From: Desulfotalea psychrophila LSv54
GTDB taxonomy: Bacteria > Desulfobacterota > Desulfobulbia > Desulfobulbales > Desulfocapsaceae
Length of the DNA: 32,000 bases
NCBI RefSeq assembly: GCF_000025945.1
Contig: NC_006138.1
Span: forward strand, 1,170,001 to 1,202,000
Direction: 5' to 3'
Part shown: positions 25,549 through 32,000 of the stretch, in pieces
How positions within the stretch are numbered: position 1 is the stretch's first letter
How the letters are laid out: the number at the start of each line of letters is the position of its first letter
Notes under the pieces: model-generated
Told to the model about the DNA's origin: nothing
The model's input: only the letters and a program-made list of their open reading frames with translations
Databases searched by the model: none
Made by a program: the position numbers and the translations under genes

Positions 25549-26046
25549 TTGGTAGCGGCTATGGGAGGGGTTATGCAGGCTATTACGTTAAAGATAGTTC
25601 AGGAACTTATCGAGTCATTTTATGAGCTTAATGCTGGCAGAGCTCTGCTCAGAGATTTCCTGCCCATTTTGGATCACGAAGGTTTTTTTATGGAACTTGC
25701 GGGTACGGATATCCGTTTTTTGGGAATAGCCGGACTGGCCGATCACCAGATGGGCAAGCTGATATTTTTTGATCAAAAGTTTATTCTTCTCGATATCGAA
25801 GTAAAGTTGGACGGAGACACCGCTTTGGCTCAGACTAATGCTGAATGGCATGCATCGACATGGAGCAGCCCCGACCCTTACAGCCATCGTATAAAAGTCG
25901 CCCTGCTTCATACATGGCACGTGGGTCGCGCCAAGGATGATTCCCGACCTATCCTTCTGGGTCACGTGTGTGAAGAGTTTCACTATCTGCCCGGCTTTGC
26001 ACCTAAGGAACAGGCAAAGGAGTTCCATTTAACTCAGGAGAGTTGA
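25549..26046 (+). CDS. Hypothetical protein, possibly NTF2-like/SnoaL-like fold
   Basis: 165-aa ORF whose track start is TTG. ATG 25573 preceded by GGGAGG is more likely. The N-terminal pattern IVQELIESFYELNAG and the later DGDTALAQ..W pattern are reminiscent of NTF2-like proteins. The functional call is weak. Confidence 0.4.
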   Translation: MVAAMGGVMQAITLKIVQELIESFYELNAGRALLRDFLPILDHEGFFMELAGTDIRFLGIAGLADHQMGKLIFFDQKFILLDIEVKLDGDTALAQTNAEWHASTWSSPDPYSHRIKVALLHTWHVGRAKDDSRPILLGHVCEEFHYLPGFAPKEQAKEFHLTQES

Positions 26047-26131
26047 TTCGTTAAGACCATTTCCTTTGCCGAGTCGATATCTCCCTGCAGTTCTAATGCT
26101 TTGACTCTTTTAACCATAACATACACCAGAT

Positions 26132-26573
26132 GGCTGGATTGTTACAAAAAGTGCAATAAGCTGCGCTGAGGATGCAAAAGAATCCTAGCCAAGTAGGCCA
26201 CCCATTCAGGCAATGTTTTTCTTGTACCCTATTAGGCCCTAGCCTTGCCAAGGGTCACCTCATCTGTAGCATCAAGTATAGTCTTATCCTCAAAATGAAC
26301 GAATGCATTTCGTTGGTATGATGCCCTAAAGCTTTTGAATCTCGCAGAGAGAGGAACTATTGTCGGCCGCAATACTTGCAAATATATGTCGGAAATCGTG
26401 AATCCGTAGATGCTCAAGGCCTGCCAGTGTACGAGGAGCTGAATATTCTTCTGGGGGTAGTCAGATGACCGACACCACTACGCCCAGTAGAGATAGAGTT
26501 GTGCTTTCTTCCCATCGTTTGTTGGGGGACTCTCTCCTGTATTGAGTGTTGCCCTTATTGCTTAAACTCAGCT
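26132..26573. mobile_element. ~440-bp IS-derived/MITE-like unit bounded by inverted 27-bp motifs (copies h and i), containing ORF-remnant copy 2
   Basis: ggctggattgttacaaaaagtgcaata (26132-26158) and tgttgcccttattgcttaaactcagc (26548-26573) are inverted. The remnant peptide lies at 26238-26415 on the minus strand. The right end is 34 nt upstream of the glucokinase ATG. No target-site duplication is visible. Confidence 0.5.
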
Positions 26574-26607
26574 GTGTTTACAGTATACGTGTTTATGGAG
26601 GATTACA

Positions 26608-27606
26608 ATGATACTTGCCGGTGATATCGGTGGTACAAAAACAAATCTAGCGCTTTACACCTGTTCATGTCCGGCGGGTAATGGCTCATTGATCGATAGC
26701 TCAGCAAAGACCTATTTGAATGCAGATTTCGCCAGCGGCGAAGAGTTGGTGTGTGGCTATCTGGCAGGCATCGACACTACAATTAAAAGGGCGGTATTCG
26801 CTGTGGCCGGGCCGATACGGGATGGGCAGGTAAAAATCACCAATCTGCCTTGGCTGATAAGTGTAGAACAGTTAAGCGTTGCGACGGGTATCGCGACAAT
26901 TCACCTGATGAACGATTTGGAGGCGACCGCGTACGCTGTGCCTTTTCTTTCGCGGGACGAGTTGTACACCCTCAATCAGGGGATATCGGTAGAGAGGGGA
27001 AATATTGCTCTTATTGCCCCGGGGACAGGACTGGGGGAGTCCTTCCTGACATGGGAAGGGACGCGTTATAGTGCCCATGCCACAGAGGGGAGTCATGTCG
27101 ATTTCGCCCCCACCAATGCGCTTCAGATAAAACTGCTGGATTATCTGCTCAGGGGCTATGAGCATGTGAGCTATGAACGGATCTGTTCGGGAATAGGAAT
27201 TCCCAATATCTATGGCTTTTTGAAACACAGCCAGAACATTGAGGAGCCGGAATGGCTACGCGAGCAACTCTCACAGGAGAAAGACCACACCGCTGTGATA
27301 GTCAATGCCGCTCTCGATGCTCAACGGCCATGCCCCATCTGCAGGATGACAGTTGAAATTTTTCTCTCAGTTCTCGGTGCGGAGGCGGGGAATATCGCTC
27401 TGAAAGTTATGGCGGCTGGCGGTGTGTATGTGGGAGGAGGTATTGTTCCCCGCATTCTGTCTTTGTTAGGAAACGGCCTCTTCATGGAAACCTTTAACAG
27501 TAAGGGGCGAATGTCCGAACTCCTGGTCGACGTTCCGGTACATATAATTCTCAATCCTAAAGTTGCGGTTTTTGGCGCTGCGCGTTACGGGATGGAAATT
27601 TGTTGA
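26608..27606 (+). CDS. glk: Glucokinase
   Basis: 332 aa. The N-terminal ILAGDIGGTKTNLAL phosphate-1 motif, NDLEATAY, APGTGLGE and GGVYVGGGI are typical of the bacterial Glk family. SD GGAGG precedes the ATG. Confidence 0.85.
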   Translation: MILAGDIGGTKTNLALYTCSCPAGNGSLIDSSAKTYLNADFASGEELVCGYLAGIDTTIKRAVFAVAGPIRDGQVKITNLPWLISVEQLSVATGIATIHLMNDLEATAYAVPFLSRDELYTLNQGISVERGNIALIAPGTGLGESFLTWEGTRYSAHATEGSHVDFAPTNALQIKLLDYLLRGYEHVSYERICSGIGIPNIYGFLKHSQNIEEPEWLREQLSQEKDHTAVIVNAALDAQRPCPICRMTVEIFLSVLGAEAGNIALKVMAAGGVYVGGGIVPRILSLLGNGLFMETFNSKGRMSELLVDVPVHIILNPKVAVFGAARYGMEIC

Positions 27607-27640
27607 GGCCTAGTCAATCCAAATCAACAATCTGTTTTTG

Positions 27641-27750
27641 CAAGATAAATTCTGGAGTAGTGCAAGAAATTGCATTATCAGCGTACTTGTGGCTACGACC
27701 ACGTTGTCCTGATACCGTGGTACTGTTCCAATCCAGATTGACCATCCAAA
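27641..27750 (-). mobile_element. IS5/IS903-like internal relic (~110 bp)
   Basis: Aligns with 29533-29620 of the larger relic. The minus frame gives WMVNLDWNSTTVSGQRGRSHKYADNAI, resembling the IS903-type transposase N-terminal region. Confidence 0.55.
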
Positions 27751-27782
27751 TATAGTCATTTATTTAGATGGTCAAATTCATC

Positions 27783-28535
27783 TTAATAGAGTTTTGCTTC
27801 TATACTGGTAATTGTTCGATATTTCAGGTCAGCTTGAATTTCATCAGCTTTTGATATTTCTTTGACCACCACGACTTGCCGACTACCTTTGCGTACGGTT
27901 TTAATTTTTTCTGAACCTATCGCAACGAAAAGATTTTTAGGCAAAACCTCCCCTGATTCTGTGACAAGCTGTTCTATAAATGGATGTTTACAGAAGGTTT
28001 CAACACTAAGAGTAGTCCCGGGATTTCCAAGGTGGTACCAGCCTCGATATCTTCCGTCGTTTCCGGTAAGTCGTAAACCAACTCCAGCAATTGCGCCAAT
28101 AATACCATCACCTGTACCTCCGTGTTCTGACAGATGTATGCCAATTTTATCTGCGAGATTGTAGGCCAGATCTTTTGAGAGAACCCTTCTCTTCGCTGCC
28201 TTGCCAAAGTCCAATAAAGCTTGGTTTGCGAGTACATCAGATTTGCGTGCAACACAAAGACCAGGATCTGATCCGTCCATAGCACGGTCTTTGATAAAAC
28301 TTATTATTGTATTGATTGCTGAAGGAAGATCATTTTGAACTAAGTTCATTTCAAAACACATTGATGAGTTGTGTGAAGTGTATGGAATATCTTTGTGAAC
28401 AAAAAGTTGGTGACGACTGATGGGGGAACTGTTTGAAATGATACCTTCCATATGTTCACACATATCCTGCACAAGCCAACCAGTACCTTTGGTTCCCGGC
28501 ATATCGGTATCATCAATACACACTAAATAATCCAT
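27783..28535 (-). CDS. Stand-alone protein resembling the N-terminal kinase domain (TCKD) of archaeal tRNA(Ile2) agmatidine synthetase TiaS
   Basis: 250 aa with SD AAAGGAA. The N-terminal motif LVCIDDTD occupies residues 4-11, with Thr at residue 18. Later blocks are DIPYTSHN, GSDPGLCV and HGGTGDGIIGAIAGVGL. These parallel recalled A. fulgidus TiaS blocks GIDDTD..MCT18, IPYKTRGN, NPG and GRGLIGALAAVGA. No OB-fold or Zn-ribbon tail is present. Confidence 0.5.
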   Translation of the reverse strand: MDYLVCIDDTDMPGTKGTGWLVQDMCEHMEGIISNSSPISRHQLFVHKDIPYTSHNSSMCFEMNLVQNDLPSAINTIISFIKDRAMDGSDPGLCVARKSDVLANQALLDFGKAAKRRVLSKDLAYNLADKIGIHLSEHGGTGDGIIGAIAGVGLRLTGNDGRYRGWYHLGNPGTTLSVETFCKHPFIEQLVTESGEVLPKNLFVAIGSEKIKTVRKGSRQVVVVKEISKADEIQADLKYRTITSIEAKLY

Positions 28536-28569
28536 AACGTTCCTTTATGTTGAGCAATTTGTTAAACTA

Positions 28570-28867
28570 CTATCTTTTCTGCCGCATACCTTTGCCACTT
28601 AAAATCTGCTCGATATCCTTGTCACTAACAGATAAGTTGAAAAACTTCTGATAAAAAAAACGGATCTCTTGTTCTAGGTTAATATCCTTAAAATATTCAG
28701 GATATACCGTCTTGGCAGTCCATAAAATAGCAAGTGGTGTCTCTAGACCTCCTGGATGCCCCAACGAGAAATACTGATTGGTATCGAATAGACGAGTTTA
28801 TTTTTTACAGCATCAATCTGCGCCCATTTTTTGTCCCGATTAATGTCTTCTTTTACGGATGATTCAT
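28570..28867 (-). pseudogene. 3' remnant of a FecB/BtuF-type ABC substrate-binding protein gene, truncated by the IS relic and frameshifted
   Basis: The minus frames give VKEDINRDKKWAQIDAVKNKLVYSIPISISRW, then a frameshift near 28770, then GHPGGLETPLAILWTAKTVYPEYFKDINLEQEIRFFYQKFF. This is the typical C-terminus of siderophore/cobalamin-type binding proteins. The N-terminal ~200 aa are absent. Confidence 0.65.
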
Positions 28868-29765
28868 GGCCTTGTCGCATAAATCATGAGGGAAGAAAAT
28901 TATCTGCCCTCTACTCCATTCCATCTTAGCAAACAGCCTCTCGAACAGGCATTCCTAAAGCGGTAATCTTGTTTAAAGCTTTGATCGCAGCCCTAGCTGC
29001 TGGCACCCCGTATTCGCGGAGGCTTAATTTGTCACAGATCAACTGTTTGTAGCGATACATCGCTGTTTCAGTAAGAGACCATACGTGGATGAGCAAACAC
29101 CTTTGACTGCAATATGATAGCACTCTTTCGTATCCGGCGAATCGCCTGATATCTGCTCTATGCGTCGTCAAAGAGGATTCAAGAGATGCCCTAAAACTTT
29201 GGAGTATGAACGCGCTCTAGAGAGATTTCGCCACTTAGGCGATCAGTCTCGGCATCGATTGCAAGGTGAAGCTTACGCCAGGTTCTACGTTTGGAAGCCC
29301 CATGTTTTCTGACGATCCACTCTCCTTCGCCATGGTTTAGCCCCGTCGAATCGATATGCTTAATCGGCCCACGGCTTGGTAGTCTGTAATTCACCTAAAC
29401 TGTTTGGGCACGCCTGCTGACAGGTATATCAGGTGCCTGGAAGGTCGATATCCATCAGTTCTAAAAGTGAATTAAGAAAATCTTCAGTACCTCTGAGAGA
29501 AAGGCTGTAAATGGTTCCACATCAAACAGGTCGTGCATCATCAGTATACTTGCGACTACGGCCACGCTGTGCCGATGGTGTCGTGCTGTACCAACTTTTA
29601 GTCGCTTTCTTGTCCATCCAAAACGTCAACGCCATTGCTTTAGCGCTCTGTTGTATTCAGGCCAATTTGTCATCCTCTACTCTCTCTCATAACTCCCCCA
29701 ATGCTCTCCGTTACAAGAAAACATCATCGAGCAATGCCAGCAACTTCTATTTGTGCAACAAGGCC
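28868..29765 (-). mobile_element. Decayed IS5-family (IS903-group-like) insertion sequence, ~0.9 kb, transposase broken by frameshifts
   Basis: The terminal inverted repeats are ggccttgtcgcataaatcatg (28868 onward) and atttgtgcaacaaggcc (ending 29765). Transposase fragments are TNWPEYNRALKQ (about 29650), IDSTGLNHGEGEWIVRKHGASKRRTWRKLHLAID (29191-29394) and ETAMYRYKQLICDKLSLREY..ALNKITALGMPV (28926-29171). There is no flanking 9-bp duplication. Confidence 0.8.
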
Positions 29766-29779
29766 TCCTGTTATGACAG

Positions 29780-29974
29780 TTTAAACTGTGATTTTAGTTG
29801 ATTATGGGCCCTTGAAGAATATTTGCTGTTAGGGTATTAATGTCTCTTGTGTCAAGGGACATGGGGATGCGCATCTCTCTTGCGAGAGACTGTGGGTGGA
29901 GGTTTTCGTGACCTATTCACTATGCGCAACATTATGTTTTAAGACGCTGTTGCACTTATTGTATTAACTCAGCA
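29780..29974 (+). repeat. ~190-bp dispersed repeat, copy B, ending in TIR-like motif copy d (29949-29974)
   Basis: Shares ordered blocks with copies A and C. It ends tgttgcacttattgtattaactcagc, 31 nt upstream of the rhodanese ATG. It abuts the IS relic on its left. Confidence 0.65.
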
Positions 29975-30005
29975 CTATGTAAACAAAATAAAAGGAGCTT
30001 TTTTT

Positions 30006-30398
30006 ATGAAGCAGTTAGATGATGTTTATCGTTCTTGTACACTGGAATATTTTGAAAGTGGAAAATATCGCATCATGATGCCAGAATTTCTTGCCCTCAA
30101 GAAAGAGGACAAAGCCATGATGTTGGATCTGCGTTCCAAAGAAGAAGCTGAGCTGGTGAGCCTGTCCTTCGCGCATAACATTCCCATTGCAGAGCTACCC
30201 GACCGTTTGGCTGAATTACCCCGGGACAAGGTCATCGTTACCTTCTGTGCCAGCAGCGTTCGTGCTGTGATGGCATTTGTCTATTTACAGGCTGCTGGCT
30301 TTAAAAATGTAAAAATTTTAACTGATAAATTGCAGGATTTGACCGCAAACTTCATGCCTCCGTTTGTTGCCAAGAATTACGATATCCTGAAGAAGTAA
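30006..30398 (+). CDS. Single-domain rhodanese-like sulfurtransferase
   Basis: 130 aa with SD AAGGAG. The active-site loop is VTFCASSVRA (CxxxxR), followed by YLQAAGFKNVKIL. Confidence 0.8.
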   Translation: MKQLDDVYRSCTLEYFESGKYRIMMPEFLALKKEDKAMMLDLRSKEEAELVSLSFAHNIPIAELPDRLAELPRDKVIVTFCASSVRAVMAFVYLQAAGFKNVKILTDKLQDLTANFMPPFVAKNYDILKK

Positions 30399-30685
30399 TC
30401 TTCCTGCCTTCACAAAACCATTGTCCCGGTTTAATTTGGGCCAATGGTTTTCTCTCTTGCGCTAAACTTCCGCACAGAAAACAAAATAGCCATCTAACAG
30501 CATATTGAGGCTGTCCCTGTTAAGCCAGACACGGCTTTTATGCTTTTGATCCTGTCCGGATATTGTGGAGAGGGAACTAAGTCTTTGTAGTCATAGCAGA
30601 ATGAAGAGGTTTTTTATCTACGGTGTCCAGGTGCTTGGGCAACTGACCTTGAAAACTACCAGATCCAGCCAAACCCACTTACACT

Positions 30686-30757
30686 CGGGTGAATCCTCCA
30701 GGATCTTCTCTCTACGTCATAGCCTCACTAAGGGGCAACCATCCGTAGATCGTCGCC
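30686..30757 (-). pseudogene. Degenerate ORF remnant family, copy 3 (short)
   Basis: gggtgaatcctcc ... catagcctcactaaggggcaaccatccgtagatcgtcgcc aligns with 22550-22615 and 26238-26275. The frame is interrupted. Confidence 0.3.
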
Positions 30758-30898
30758 TTTTAGGTACATTTCTCGACCGCTCCCTTCCCTTGGTTGCGAC
30801 ATTCTCTACCCATGTAGATATATTTTACCTATAAAACAGTGTTCTAGGGGCATTTGCCCCGGTGGAGTTTTTAAATCTCCTGGTCTGGTAGCTTAGGC

Positions 30899-31080
30899 AT
30901 TGATTTTAGGTAATTATTGACCGCTTGAAATTCTTCCGTGCTAGGCATACAATGATTCTTATAATAAAAGACATGGGTGGAGGGAGTACCGTCTTGCGAG
31001 ATGTTGTGGGTGGAGGTTTCTGCGATCTATCCATTGCACTATGTTTAAGGTGCTGTTGCACTTATTGTACTCATTCAGCC
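30899..31080 (+). repeat. ~190-bp dispersed repeat, copy C, ending in TIR-like motif copy e (31054-31080)
   Basis: Contains tgattttagg, catgggtggaggg, gtcttgcgagatgttgtgggtggaggttt, and the end tgttgcacttattgtactcattcagcc. Confidence 0.65.
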
Positions 31081-31262
31081 ATTGAAGCATTTAACTCCCC
31101 TGAATAAGCTGAAAGAGTTTCATCAACTCAAACCAAATTTATTTAAGAAGCGACCAACCAATCGTCGGGAACCTAACATGTAAGTTTGTTCATTGCCTAT
31201 CTGGTGATGATTTTTGATCGCTACAACATGTTATGAGATGTTTTTATATAGGGGGCGTGTGG

Positions 31263-32000
31263 ATGAAGTGTAAACTGCTTTCGAATCGTTTTTCTAGGAT
31301 CATATGTGTCGTCAGCATCATTATGCTTGGTCTGTGGGGAGGTTCTCTCTATGCTGCGCAGGTATCGCAAAAATCTGATAATATAGTAGAAAAAGTTGTG
31401 GTGGAGGCAGCGAAAGATTCCTCGAAATCCGCTACATCGAGTCCACGTGCCACCCTACAGAATTTTCTTTCTGACGTTGATCGAGCTGTTGCTGATTGGC
31501 AACAAGGTATTCGTACCGAAGAGAGCGCTTGGGCATTTTTTCGTGCAACACAAATGCTTGATTTTGCTGGAGTTCCTGATAACGTCTCAGGAATTACTAA
31601 AATATCACGTATCCTTTTATTAAAAGATATCCTCGATCGGGTCAAGATCCCGGCAAGTGATCTGGTTCCCGGTGAGGCAGAAGTAGCTTCGAAAGATATT
31701 TCTACCTGGACCATTCCCGGAACACAAATAACTATTGCAAAGGTTGAGGATGGTTCCAAGGCAGGTGATTTTTTATTTTCCAAATATACCGTTGAAAATC
31801 TTGGCAGATTCCACCGGCAGATGGAGGATATACCTTACTCCTCTGGTGTCTCTTCCGGTTTATATGAACAGTTTAGAGATACTGCGCGTTCTAGTGACTA
31901 TTTTTCATCAAAAATTAGGATGCGCGATTTGTTACGAGGGGTTGATACATCAAGTCCTCGGTCAACCTTTGAGAGTTTTTTAAGTAATATCAATCAATCA
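31263..32000 (+). CDS. N-terminal periplasmic part of an MscS-family mechanosensitive channel-like protein (3' end outside the window)
   Basis: This ORF is not in the track because it runs off the end. ATG 31263 follows AGGGGG. The frame stays open for 246 codons. It has a signal/TM segment IICVVSIIMLGLWGG and repeated SPRATLQNFL and SSPRSTFESFL motifs, recalled from N-terminal domains of large MscS-like proteins. The antisense track ORF 31349-31783 is a shadow. Confidence 0.55.
   Translation, partial: MKCKLLSNRFSRIICVVSIIMLGLWGGSLYAAQVSQKSDNIVEKVVVEAAKDSSKSATSSPRATLQNFLSDVDRAVADWQQGIRTEESAWAFFRATQMLDFAGVPDNVSGITKISRILLLKDILDRVKIPASDLVPGEAEVASKDISTWTIPGTQITIAKVEDGSKAGDFLFSKYTVENLGRFHRQMEDIPYSSGVSSGLYEQFRDTARSSDYFSSKIRMRDLLRGVDTSSPRSTFESFLSNINQS

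Noticed and set aside
29900-29974. Short peptide gene in the ~190-bp repeats, with GGAGG followed by GTG/CTG and a shared FK(T/V)LLHLLY in copies B and C.
   Set aside because: Copy A is shifted by a 1-nt indel in the same stretch, and there is no conserved start codon. Conservation fits the nucleotide level rather than the peptide level.
20990-31080. Integron cassette array with the 27-bp motif pairs acting as attC sites.
   Set aside because: No intI gene is present. Genes are in mixed orientations. The motif lacks the RYYYAAC/GTTRRRY core sites at its outer ends, and the region between paired motifs is not an extended imperfect palindrome.
20990-31080. CRISPR array.
   Set aside because: The repeats are not regularly spaced and occur in both orientations. 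They are separated by 0.1-3 kb that includes genes, and no cas genes are present.

Overview
The window looks like chromosomal DNA from a sulfate-reducer-like deltaproteobacterium. A Desulfobulbales/Desulfotalea-like origin is only a guess, based on gene content. It splits into two parts.

Bases 1-20,900 are orderly core-like genes: a LysE exporter fragment, rarA, tRNA-Arg(UCG), an Fe-alcohol dehydrogenase, a eukaryote-type arginine kinase, small stress or membrane proteins, and a sigma54 two-component system. A six-gene minus-strand operon (9381-16681) follows. It resembles a hyf/hyc group-4 [NiFe]-hydrogenase or complex-I module, but its catalytic large subunit contains no CxxC motif at all. 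It therefore looks like an Ehr-type, non-hydrogenase energy-converting complex. Upstream of this operon are two tandem paralogous ~80-aa proteins of unknown family and a near-consensus sigma54 promoter at 17581-17596.

Bases 20,900-31,100 are a scrambled accessory mosaic. Single genes (MFS transporter, PG-binding repeat lipoprotein, NTF2-like protein, glucokinase, a stand-alone TiaS-kinase-domain-like protein, rhodanese) are separated by three decayed IS5/IS903-like relics. They are also separated by several interrelated dispersed repeat families:
- a ~27-bp terminal-inverted-repeat-like motif in at least 9 copies;
- a ~190-bp element in 3 copies;
- a ~170-bp hairpin-bearing element in 3 copies;
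- a degenerate ORF remnant in 3 copies.

No intact transposase, CRISPR array, rRNA or recognisable defence system was seen. All homology calls rest on motif recognition by eye and need database confirmation.
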